64,000 nt of DNA. Origin: Octopus sinensis (taxonomy: Eukaryota). Shown piece after piece: positions 52,356 through 64,000 of this stretch (position 1 is the first letter of the stretch; each line of letters begins with the position of its first letter). Made by a program: the position numbers and the translations under genes. The notes under the pieces are model-generated. The model did not search any database. It saw only the letters and a list, made by a program, of their open reading frames with translations, and was not told the DNA's origin. Location: assembly GCF_006345805.1 (NCBI RefSeq), contig NC_043014.1, positions 35,650,001 through 35,714,000 of the forward strand, read 5' to 3'.

Positions 52356-53217
52356 GCGTTAAACAAATTTGTGTTTAAATTAAGCAAAAATGAAAATAAC
52401 ACTGATATCTCATTTACCAAAATTACATAAAAATATTTTGAAATACTAAAGAGTAAATTTAATAAATAAAATCGCCATTGGCTTCAACCGCGACCTCCAG
52501 ACGACTTCGGAATCTTCTGCAACTCTTCTGTACGGTCTTCTTGTTTAAGTTGGTGAATGCTGCTGTAATTCTTGCCTTCAGTTAATTTTTGATGTTACAA
52601 GAAGCTTTTTGGTATCTCGCTCCACTGTGCCCCACACATAATAATCAAGTGGGTTGCAGTCTGGGGAGTTAGGTGGCCAGATGTTAAGAATGATGTGGTC
52701 GCAGAAGTTGCCAACTGCTATAACTAGGTTCTCCTGCTTGTGTGACATAGTGCAGAGTTCTGTTGCTAGACATATGGTCTTCCAGCAGCTACCCTCTTGA
52801 CCCAGAGCAACACTACCTCCTCCGGGCACCTGCTGTAAGCCTCCGTGTTGAGTCTGAGGCCGTGTGAGAAGATGAATGGCGGCATAACGTCACCATCACT
52901 AGTGATCACCCCGAACACCATGTTTGACTGGATGTTTGATTTTTATCACCCTTGGTACACGTTCTCAGATTGCACTGCCCTCAGATTGACATCCAAACAC
53001 TCTGAAATGTTCGTATTGGAGCTTCCGGCGCGAATGCCAAGCAGTACAGCAAATTTTCAAATTTCTATCTGAGTGAATTGCGTCATGGTGCTATTTTTCT
53101 GACTGACGGTGTCCAACTGACCCTACAATATTATGTAGTAAACAAAATCAAAAACAAACAAAGCGCATGCGCAAAACAAAAGATATAAAATAGCGACAAT
53201 TTACCCATCGCATCCTG
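52350..53217 (-). mobile_element. Internally deleted Tc1/maT (DD37D-like) element
   Basis: WPPNSPDCNPLDYYVWG.VER; ends TA-(C/T)AGG(G/A)TGCG at both termini. Confidence 0.85.
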
Positions 53218-53227
53218 TATATGCATG

Positions 53228-53295
<68 letters not shown>

Positions 53296-53786
53296 TGCGT
53301 GTGTGTGTAAAAAGTAAAAATATAATTAATTGAATCATTTGCATTCTATTAGTGCTGTTTCAATCATCTCAAAACTCGGAAATGCCGAAGCATTCTTTCA
53401 TTTCTCCCATTATTTTTAGGAATTAAATGAAACATAATTTTTTGCGTGTGTTCTTAGATGACTAAAATGATACCACAGTGTAGTTGCCTTAGTTTTAACG
53501 GCAGGTCTTAGAATAAATTATGTACCAGACAAGTAAAACCTCGTGATTAATTAAATGATTGTGAAAGAATCTGGGCAATATGACACGACCACTTTCCCTA
53601 TACTATATATAACCAGCCCTTAGCCTTGTCTCTATCCAGCGTGCCTACAGCTGCTGCTTCAATTTCCTCCTTTTCTTTATATTAACTCACCTTCACTATC
53701 TCCATCTATCTATCTGTCTATCTTCTTGCTTGACTCTGTCTATCTAACCGTCTATCTGTCTGTATGTCTATCTATCTACCGATGTA

Positions 53787-53877
<91 letters not shown>

Positions 53878-53882
53878 ATATA

Positions 53883-53967
53883 CTTTATTTCAAAGCAGCA
53901 GAAATTCAACAAAACCTGTTACTCTGAGTTTCAGGTTTTGTTGAATTTCTGCTGCTTTGAAATAAAG
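53883..53967. repeat. Perfect 36-bp inverted repeat with a 13-nt loop containing the 3' half of a hammerhead (minus strand GAAAC-UCAGA-GUA)
   Basis: 53883-53918 is the reverse complement of 53932-53967. Confidence 0.9.
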
Positions 53968-54043
53968 CATATTACTCTACTCCTGGTATTTGAGTACTCT
54001 TTTTTCCACCTTGTATATACATGTATATTAGCCGGTGTTTATT

Positions 54044-54084
54044 CAAAGCAATGAATAGCTTTACCGAAACCATGGCATGCTTTG
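54044..54084 (+). ncRNA. Hammerhead relic with an A3-U8 core variant
   Basis: CAAAGCA-AUGAAUA-GCUUUACC-GAAA-CCAUGG-CA/UGCUUUG; 7-bp stem I, palindrome CCAUGG; cleavage triplet mutated to GCA. Confidence 0.55.
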
Positions 54085-55088
54085 CTTTCTGACTTTTTAA
54101 TCATCTCATAATAATGACTTTTATGACTTTTATTACTACCTCAGACCCTCTAAATATATATATCTGTCGTTACCTTTCATAAAAAGCCATTTCTCTTTTT
54201 TATTTACAATGTGCATTTTCGTTGATTTTTCATATTTTCCCCCTTGCATTTCCACGTGTATTTTATATTTTCTTTTTGTAACATATTTCTACTATATATA
54301 TATATATATATGAAGTAATTTTTTGTAAAACTTTGTACACTGTTAGCAGTTTTCCTTATTTCTCTTTTCTTTCATTTTCTATACACGCGCGCGAGCACAC
54401 ACATGGTCATTCATGACTGAATGGGGTCTGTAACCTTTATATGTGTGTATACATTGAGCTTTCCCTCACAAGGAAATGATCAGTTTCAAAGGCTATAGCA
54501 GAAGACACTAATCCGAGCTGCGGCGCAGTTGGATACAATTTGAAACTACGGACCTGTTTGTATATTCTTTTAATTTGTCTTGCAAGTTTCAGCCCTAGGG
54601 CTGTGGCCATGCTGGAGCACCGCCTGTATATTGCTTCTTTTATAATTCTTTTACTAGTTTCATTTATTATAATGTAATCGTCTTGCTTGAAGATGAGTCT
54701 CTTTTATTCAGCACTAATAATTGAATTGTAGGTACTCATTTTATCGACCTCGGAAGGATGAATGCGAAATTTGACGTAGATGGGGTTTGAACTTACCTCG
54801 AAAAGGAGTACAACGAAACATGTGTCTATGTGCGTGTTTGTATATGTATGTATATATATGTACTTATGTGCGAGTGTTTTTGTGCGTAAATATTTGTATG
54901 TATGTCTGTGAGTGTGTGTGTATGTGTGTATGCCTGCGCGTACATGTGTGTGTGTGTTTGTGCGTGTGTATGTACGTCTGAGTGTGTGTATGTGTGTATG
55001 CCTGCGCGTACACGTGTGTGTACGTGTGTATGGTATAGTATGGTAACTACCGACCTCTGAGAATTGAAGAATAAGTCTCCTCAATACC

Positions 55089-55513
55089 TATTTCTTTACT
55101 ACCCACAAGGGGCTAAACACAGAGAGGACAAACAAGGACAGACACACGGATTAAATCGATTACATCGACTCCAGTGCGTAACTGGTACTTATTTAATCGA
55201 CCCTGAAAGGATGAAAGGCAAAGTCGACCTCGGCGGAATTTGAACTCAGAACGTAGCGGCAAACGAAATACCTATTTCTTTATTGCTCACAAGGGGCTAA
55301 ACACAGAGGGGACAAACAAGGACAGACATAGGTATTAAGTCGATTATATCGACCCCAGTGCGTAACTAGTACTTATTTAATCGACCCCGAAAGGATGAAA
55401 GGCAAAGTCGACCTCGGCGGAATTTGAACTCAGAACGTAGCAGCAGACGAAATACCGCTAAGCATTTCGCCCGGCGTGCTAACATTTCGCACGATTCTGC
55501 CAGCTCGCCGCCT
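55089..55513 (-). mobile_element. SINE family B head-to-tail dimer inside one 17-bp TSD
   Basis: TSD TAAGTCTCCTCAATACC at 55072-88 and 55514-30; full copy 55273-55513 plus a 5'-truncated copy 55089-55272. Confidence 0.93.
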
Positions 55514-55559
55514 TAAGTCTCCTCAATACCGTCAAGCAATTTCACAAAGCTATTAAGAC

Positions 55560-56400
55560 GTCCTTTGGACTGGTGACGTTTAACAAAGTAACAGACAATA
55601 TGACATGGTAGACTTGCAAATCGAAAAGGCAATTTAGCAGTCTAGCAGTCTAGCGAAGGAAAATAATACAGGCGCTGGATTATGATAAATTCAATACCCA
55701 CTTGAGTATAGACGAAAGTAAAGCCCTGTGTGTCAAAACTTTTGCGAATTCGAATGGAAAATGTATATATTTTGACAGAGTCAAACATTTTTTTAAAAGA
55801 ACGTTTCTCATTAGCAGGAATACTATACATGCCATTAACATATTTTCACAACTAGCCATAACATATGGTTCTGTAGTATAGGTTTGGAACGTAACAGACC
55901 TAAATTCCAGAGGTCGTATTACGAGAATTCTACCTAAAACACCATGTTCTTACACAATAAGTCTAACACCCAACGATTGTGCTGCTCTAGAAAAGGTGGT
56001 AGAGAAATAGTAAGTGCCAAAGGAGAATTTTAGAAAGGCAGTTGTCCATGTCTCCCATTACTTTTCTACTTACAAACGGGCCTGTTACATGCCTAGTTGA
56101 TTACATTTGTTAGGAAGATAACGATCACTTATCACTGCAGCAACAAAATTCTCACAAGAAATTAGATTTCGACAGCTGAAGTCTAAATGTAAAGCTACAG
56201 GAAAGCCGAACACGCTCATGACATATAAGTCAACTTTTGGTGCATTTGTTTATAATGGCTAATATTTCCGTGAACTTAATGTCCTGTGCGTAAATAAATA
56301 AAACCAGCTTTCACTGAGAGAACAGAAGTAACAACATTTGCATACAAGAAAAACCGGTTGCAATTTGGTGCATTAAATGTTATATCTGCAATTCTGATAT
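55560..56400 (+). mobile_element. Highly decayed R4/Dong-like LINE (post-RT region)
   Basis: Weak motifs AINIFSQLAITYGS..W..DL..RITRIL and RLCCSRKGGREIVS, compared with AIPVLTYSF and RLYLPRKEGGRGL. Confidence 0.5.
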
Positions 56401-56447
56401 TATCGAGGACAATTTTTTTGTGTGTGTGATGAATTTCATGACATAAT

Positions 56448-56479
<32 letters not shown>

Positions 56480-56491
<12 letters not shown>

Positions 56492-56885
56492 TTTTGTTGT
56501 TGCTGTTGTATGGAGGGATGCGTTTTAACAAGGCGTCGCTGCATACATCATTGTTGATCATGCTCTAGTATTCTTGACGGATGACGCTTCTGACCACCCA
56601 TGCGGCAACCCTCCAATCCATGTGTCTCTTTGGGTAGTCGTTACCGGTGAGGGTTTTTACGAGGTCGGAGTACAAATCCTACTTCGACCTCTTTTAGTTG
56701 GCTTTTACGGCACGCGGAGGAAACGTTGGTTCTATTCTTTGACATGCCAATCTCCATACAGCACTAGAGTAATCTGAAATGAAATATTTTGCTCGAGAGC
56801 ACAACACGCCGACCGGTCCAGGAATCGAGCCTGCGATCTGACGATCGTGAGTTCTACACCCTAACCACTTGGCCACTCGCCTTCA
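56480..56885 (-). mobile_element. tRNA-headed SINE (family C-like head, distinct body, (ACA/ACT)n tail)
   Basis: Minus-strand head GGCGAGTGGCCAAGTGGTTAGGG..GGCTCGATTCC. Confidence 0.75.
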
Positions 56886-57310
56886 CATGCCACAATGCAT
56901 TAAATTAAAATGTCCTATCATCTGCAAAATATATTTTATAAGGGGACAAGATAACGCAACAAGATGGCACTAAATACGCCGAGCCAACTAACTTCAATCC
57001 CTTCAACATGTAATATCTATCATCTTATACGTCAGCAAACCAAAGGACATCTTAAAATCTTTGTTGAATTGCTTCACAATACTCATAGTCATCATAATCT
57101 TCATTCTCCAATTCTCAAAAGTCGATAGGTATCATGACGCGCGTGCGCTCTCACACACACAAATATATCATAGTGTATATAAGAGATTGCAATTCAAATT
57201 GTATCGTCGTGAAGCACATCTGCAAATTTACATTAATCCAATGTATGTATGTAGATGTTTTATTCTAAATGAGGTTTGCAAAGCAATTGAAATGGATGGT
57301 GAATACTAAT

Positions 57311-57720
57311 TACTCTTTTACTCTTTTACTTGTTTCAGTCATTTCACTGTGGCCATGCTGGAGCACCGCCTTTAGTCGAGCATATCAACACCAGGACTTA
57401 TTATTTGTAAGCCTAGTACTTATTCTATCGGTCTCTTTTGCCGAACCGCTAAGTTACGGGGACGTAAACACACCAGCATCGGCTTTCAAGCGATGTTGGG
57501 GGGACAAACACAGACACACAAACATATACACACACACATACACACATATATACATATATACGACGGGCTTCTTTCATTTTCCGTCTATCAAATCCACTCA
57601 CAAGGCTTTGGTTGGCCCTAGGCTATAATAGAAGACACTTGCCCAAGGTGCCCCGCAGTGGAACTGAACCCGGATCCATGTGGTTGGTAAGCAAGCTTCT
57701 TACTACACAACCACTCCTAC
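57311..57720 (-). mobile_element. SINE family A, full length
   Basis: Reverse-complement homology. Confidence 0.9.
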
Positions 57721-59216
57721 TCCTAATTGCAGAATAATTACATATTAATTACATATCAAAACAGAAGACTAAAAGAATTTGGTATGATTTTTAATACGTT
57801 ATACGTGTTTCATTACTGGATACATGTTACAAAGTTACACATGTAGAAAAATAAAACATGTAATGAATTTCCTAACAGTAACTCCTCAGACAAACATTCA
57901 AAAATAGGGGTAAGGTAGATAGTACTCCCTAACCGTTGTGTGGACAAACTATCTACACTATCCTGCCGCCTTGGTGGTAGATCCAGTGATACAAGGGCTA
58001 GAGGGGTATGCCTCGAAGGGAAAAGCTGTGGCAGTCAGCTTTAAGGTGGTATCCGATATCTATAGCTTCCTGCTTCCAAGACAAAGGATGGGTCGTCTTA
58101 GGACACCCTTATCACATATTCTATCTCTTTCAAAACAATGTTATTTATGCTGGGAAATACACATCCCCACACGACGATGAAATTTCATTACGTAGGTATT
58201 TCTTCCAACAATTTGGTTGATAGATTTTGCTTATCTGTGGCTGCCATCGCCGCTAGAGTGGCCGATATATCACGTGCGTCTGCGATTATAAAACACCACC
58301 ATTTTCACAGTCTCCATGTGATGGCACACAGTAGCAGTAGCGACTCTTCGATCGCCTGCCTGGTTGCGTCATCCGTTCTGCTTGTTCTTTAATAAATACG
58401 CGCATAAAACCATTCGCAATTGGAGATGCTCACCAACGCTATTAATGGAAAACTATATGCAAGCATGTGTAAATACTGAAGACTAAACGCGGTTAATATT
58501 TTACATATTTTTACTTTGATTTTCTAATTAGCTATGCTCTTTTTCGTTTTATGTCTTTTTTTATTTCATCTAGTTTCAGCTCACGAGCAGTGGCCATGCT
58601 GGGGCCCCTAGTTCCTAAACTCTGCGCACCAATAATCACAAGTATAAATGGAAAGATCTAGTTGCAGATTTCTTATTAGTTTGTTATGTATGTTTTCGTC
58701 TTATATTTTGAACATTATATTACCATCTTCTGAACAGAATGATATTAACCAGTTTGCACTCATTTCTCTGTCCCAGATTAATGTATGAGTACATGCATGT
58801 TCGTACGCTTGTATATATGCATGTAAAAATGTGTGCATGTTTGAAAGTATGCATGTATGCATGTATGCATGTATGCATGTACATATCTACGTAGCCATAG
58901 TTTCAAAATTCCACGAATAAATATTAAAAGCAGGGGACAGATAAGCGAAAATCACTAGAAATATACCGAGATGAAAAATGGCATTCTTATCATATTCCAG
59001 CGGTGCCTATAAGATAAATATAGATACAAAAAAAAAGATAATTAAATAGGTAGCTACATAAATGGATATATACATGCATGCATGCATACGTTTATAAATA
59101 TATGCCTACATATGTAAGCAGTCTTATATAGTATGTATAATCTGATTTTATTCACTGATAAGATTTATATCTTGTCTTCGAAGTATATCTTTGATGGTAT
59201 GCATGAAGATATTGCC

Positions 59217-59251
<35 letters not shown>

Positions 59252-59634
59252 TATAATATATATATATAATATATATATATATGTGTGTGGTGTGTGTGTG
59301 TGTGTGTATATATATGCATACATACAGAGACAAACATACATACACACATTATATACATATATATATGCACAAACACACACACATATAAATATATATATTA
59401 CATACATCCAGATACATACTTATTCGTATACATAAATATGCACACATATACATATGTATATACGTATATGTATGTGTGCGCACTTTTGTATGTGTTAGCT
59501 AGCTTCTTAATTAGAAATCGAGTGTTAAAGAAAGTACTGTTGCCTTTTGATAGATTCATGCTGGCAATAAAACATAAGTACTGTTTGTATATCATTTCAA
59601 TTTTATTTTATTTCTAGTTAATATGAATATTAAT

Positions 59635-59850
59635 GAAGGCGACGAACTGGCAGAAGCTGGTACGCCGGGTAAAAGTGCTTTGCAGTATTTCGTCCGTCTT
59701 TACGTTCTGAGTTCGAATTCCACCGAGGTCAACTTTGCCGTTCATCCATACGAGATCAATAAATTAAGTACCAGTTGAACGCCTAGGGTTGATGTAATAC
59801 AGTTAGACCCTCTCCAAAATTGCTGGCCCTGTGCCAAAATTTGAAACCAG
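59635..59850 (+). mobile_element. SINE family B variant with 13-bp TSD
   Basis: TSD TATGAATATTAAT at 59622-34 and 59851-63. Confidence 0.88.
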
Positions 59851-60101
59851 TATGAATATTAATTACTGTATATGCCGACGTACAAGATGATCTCTCTCGT
59901 AAAATACATTCCTATTTTATTAAGGTATTTTGTGAAAAAGCAAAAGTTTAGCATATTTCATCATGGAGGCGTTGAAAAATACGAACGTGATTTTGTTGGA
60001 CAAAATGTATAATTCTGGACATGTAAATTAAGGATTGTGACAGTATACTGGAATACAGCACGAAACCATAAACTTATAAACTAGGTTATGGAAGTATTGC
60101 A

Positions 60102-60191
<90 letters not shown>

Positions 60192-60359
60192 TAAGGTCAT
60201 AATACATCTATTAAAGCGCTACTAATAGTTTCATATGTTGAGAGAACTTAAACATATTCCTCAGGCGCAAGCCACATACCGACAAATATTTATCTCTCAT
60301 CAGATGGAGTCCTTTTTTTTATTGAATTTTCTTCACAGCTCAGTACATTGTGTGTTTGA

Positions 60360-60451
60360 GTTTGTGTGTGTGTGTGTGTGTGTGTGTGCGTGCGCGCGCG
60401 CGCGTGTGTGTGTGTGTGTGTGTGTATGTGTGTGTGTGTGTGTGTGTGTGC

Positions 60452-60540
<89 letters not shown>
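60360..60540. repeat. (GT)n microsatellite
   Basis: Direct reading. Confidence 0.98.
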
Positions 60541-60542
<2 letters not shown>

Positions 60543-60544
60543 AA

Positions 60545-61020
60545 ATCTTTTGTTCTTTTACTCGTTTCAGCCATGCGGCTGCCATCGATTATATATATCT
60601 TTTATATTATATATATTATATATATGTTTCAGTCATGCTTGAGGAGCGCATTGAAATTTTTTAGACGAACGAATCGACTCCAGTATCTAATTTTGAAGCC
60701 TAGTGTTTATTCTATTGGTTCTGTTGTCGATCAGATAATGTTACGGGGATGTAAACACACAAAAAAACGGTATAGGAGCAAAGACAGACAGAAAAACATA
60801 AACACGCATGCTTACACACACACTCACACTCACAGACACACACACTCACACGTTTATACGCCGGGCTTTCAGTTTCTATCTAGTATACCGATTCTCAAGG
60901 TTTTGGACGACCCGAGACTATTGTAGAAGATATATCCCCAAGGTGCCATGCAGTGGGATTGAACCCGAAACTAATGTGGCTGGAATACAAGCTTCTTACT
61001 ACACAACTATGCCTGTGCCT
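60545..61020 (-). mobile_element. SINE family A, old diverged copy
   Basis: Tail, body and head are recognisable on the minus strand. Confidence 0.7.
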
Positions 61021-61075
61021 ATACGTACATAAACTCATACATGCATATATATTTATATATACATATATTAATATA

Positions 61076-61112
<37 letters not shown>

Positions 61113-61229
61113 GTATTTGCATACATGTATATGTATGTAATCATAGATGAGAAGGAGAATTTGATAAACAGATAGTCTGACTGATAGAGATACACATGTT
61201 GCTAGCAAGCTTGGATAGCTAGCTAGCTA

Positions 61230-61495
<266 letters not shown>

Positions 61496-61649
61496 TCATT
61501 GATTGATATGAAGACGGTCGAATAAAAACAACTTCAACTCACAGCCCGATAAACCAGAAAGGTCCGATAACCAGAAAAGCCCGTAGAGAAAGCAGAACTG
61601 TAGAGGAACCGTCGAAAGTACATCTGTACTAGACTGGCAATTTGTCAGT

Positions 61650-61990
61650 GAAGATATGAACGTTTATTATAATTTGAAAATATGATCACAAAGATATCGA
61701 CAAAATTATATTCCAAGTTACATAATCTTCAGAAGGTTAAACTGAAATTTCCGTGAAATGTAGTACTGTGCGCTGATGAAAGCAAAAATTTTGGCAAGTG
61801 AACCTGACATCGTCATAAAAGACTATAAAAATGTAATAAGCAGACGGAAAGGTATCAATGGAACGTGGTTATAAAGTATCATTCAATAGAATATATCTAC
61901 TCGAATTTCCAAGATGTAGTCATACTGTTGTGGGTTGAAATACTGAATCCAGATGTTCCACTCCAGCTGAAACATGTTGCTTGAGAATGT
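61650..61990 (+). mobile_element. Possible decayed R4-like RLE fragment
   Basis: KILASEPDIVIKDYKN resembles the ANRPDIVIKD motif; little else survives. Confidence 0.35.
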
Positions 61991-62131
61991 TTCCCAAAGG
62001 ATATGATAACTGTAAATATGGGAACAGAGTTACGTAGAAAGAAATGTATAACGTAATACACACACAAATATACATAGATATAGACATCTAAATACACACA
62101 CACATACACACACACACACTCAGACATATAC

Positions 62132-62207
<76 letters not shown>

Positions 62208-62211
<4 letters not shown>

Positions 62212-62386
62212 ACAATCAAGGAACGGCCATAATAGGCCATTCACCCACTAGAAATAACAGCCAAAGCTTCAACCGCAAATAAAAATCAATTCCGTAAACC
62301 AGGAGAAAATTTAAAAAACATTTACCCTGTAATTACAGGGTAAATGTGGGTGAATGGCCTATTATGGCCGTTCCTTGATTGTTGAT
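62208..62386. repeat. Perfect 41-bp inverted repeat enclosing a perfect 30-bp palindrome
   Basis: 62208-48 is the reverse complement of 62346-86; ACATTTACCCTGTAATTACAGGGTAAATGT at 62318-47. Confidence 0.95.
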
Positions 62387-62492
62387 GTTGAACTTAAAAA
62401 TGGTCTATGACTATTTAATTTTTTCCCACTAGGCCGCTGGTGGCAAAAAAATTCTACAAAATTTTTTGCCACCCTATATTGATTAATTATGA

Positions 62493-62551
<59 letters not shown>

Positions 62552-62891
62552 TAGATAGATAGATAGATATGTATGTATGTAGGTCATTTTTTGCCAAATA
62601 AACACACGCACTATATATTCGTTCTTCGGTCGTTTATTACTGTTCTTATTCTTACTCATGTCCATTGTCCAGAAATCTTTCATTACACATCTGTGACCTC
62701 CTCAGCGATACCTTCCTTCTTCGTGCGTGCTTTTGCTTTGCTTATTCCATTCTCACGTATATGGAATAAGCAGAGCAATATTTATTCATTTTATTCTATT
62801 ATATTTACTATATTTTATTTACTTTATTTTATTACATAATTATTTTCCCATAAAGATATAATAATATTTCTATTATTCATATTATTCATAT

Positions 62892-62953
<62 letters not shown>

Positions 62954-63388
62954 GTCGTTATTCTACCAATTATATACGTTTTTGTTATTTTTTTCTTGCA
63001 ATTTACTTAATTATTGATATTTTATTGTTATTTTAATTTAAATATTTCTATTATATGTAATTTTCTAAATGGTGTAATTTAATTGATCATTTTGAATTGA
63101 TAAAAGGTGTTTTTTTTTCTAATTTATATATATATTATATTGTGTGAAATTTGATTTAGTATTTCTAAATTAATTTTTTTCCCCTGTAAGTTTGGATTAA
63201 TATTCCCTCAAATAATTATTATATATATATATATATTTCGCTTATGGATTTGGTTTGCAAGAATCTTTATGTGAGTTCGTGTGTTGAAGCATATTCTGTT
63301 GTATCTGGGGAGAGTCATTTTCTTTTTGTGCCTTATAACTGAACACACTCACCGGTAAAATTTCCACTTATTTCTTATCTTTATTTTC

Positions 63389-63425
63389 CTAAAACTTTCG
63401 TTGCGTCTTGCAACCTTCTCAATAG
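63389..63425 (-). ncRNA. Minimal hammerhead motif, U3-A8 variant
   Basis: CUA-UUGAGAA-G-GUUGC(AAGAC)GCAAC-GAAA-GUUU/UAG. Confidence 0.5.
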
Positions 63426-63625
63426 TCTTGACTCATATATATTTTAAATAAGTTTTCTGTATTTTATTTTATTTTTATTTTTACGTACTTGATTTATTAC
63501 CTTACCAAATACATATACACAGTATACATGAAATAACATGTTAAACTCCATTAGTTGTGGATTTGAATTTCTTTAAGAAAGATGTAACCATTGTTGAAAG
63601 ATGTAACCATTGTTATTATTAAAAC

Positions 63626-63741
63626 AAAATCCCTGAAGAGATTCTACCACTCACAGCTTAAATTCTTAACACTGGATCTAATACAAATGCTTTGAATAAT
63701 GCATTACCAAGAGACAGAATCGAAATATATGTAGGTATTTT
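63626..63741 (+). ncRNA. Type-I hammerhead ribozyme with a 72-nt loop II
   Basis: Stem I AAAAUCC/GG(U)AUUUU; CUGAAGA 63633-39; GAUUC/GAAUC; GAAA 63722-25; U-AUAU-GUA with cleavage after 63733. Confidence 0.75.
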
Positions 63742-64000
63742 TGAGTCTTCTATTGTGTTTTTAAAAGAAATTTTTGTATCTATATCTTAAAAACAAACTA
63801 TGATACAAATAAATTAACTATACATTCTCAACTCTCCATTTTTTTTACATTATTTATTTTACCTATTATGATAATCCATAACGCATCGTAGAAATTTTCT
63901 TCTAATGTAATGGAGATTAAGCCAATGAAATTTTGGATTTATTAATCTCTAATGAAGATAGGATGTCCTTGAATTGACTACATATATATATAGATATACT

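Noticed and set aside
57940-58130. Possible LINE RT relic (AVAVSF..SDIYSFL)
   Set aside because: The similarity is too faint to call without a profile search.
60270-60310. CTGATGA on the minus strand; also CTGAGGA at 62699-62705
   Set aside because: At 60270 GAAA is absent; at 62699 stems I and II pair poorly. These could be very old relics but cannot be supported.

Overview
Eukaryotic, AT-rich, microsatellite-saturated non-coding DNA (intronic or intergenic). The SINE families and the (TA)n/(GATA)n/(AAT)n load suggest a cephalopod, probably Octopus; this is an inference. No intact host gene, rRNA, true tRNA or CRISPR array is recognisable, and most listed ORFs are translated microsatellites. 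Retroelements: about 14 copies of a ~400-bp tRNA-headed SINE plus three other SINE families, about 10 fragments of R4/Dong-like RLE LINEs mostly in (AAT)n arrays, RTE and CR1-like LINE relics, and a Penelope GIY-YIG relic. DNA transposons: two near-identical full-length but defective mariners (one nested in a Tigger/pogo relic), two maT-like Tc1 relics and a Helitron relic. The unexplained signal is structural RNA. I could fold about 15 minimal type-I hammerhead ribozyme motifs from about 10 unrelated sequence families, with palindromic stem III and C3-G8 covariation. They sit in fold-back or partial-tandem Penelope-style repeats. Two cases stand out: a tRNA-head + (AAT)n + hammerhead SINE-like element, and a 558-nt unit bounded by two tandem hammerhead cleavage sites (retrozyme/circRNA candidate). 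All folds were made by eye and none is experimentally shown.
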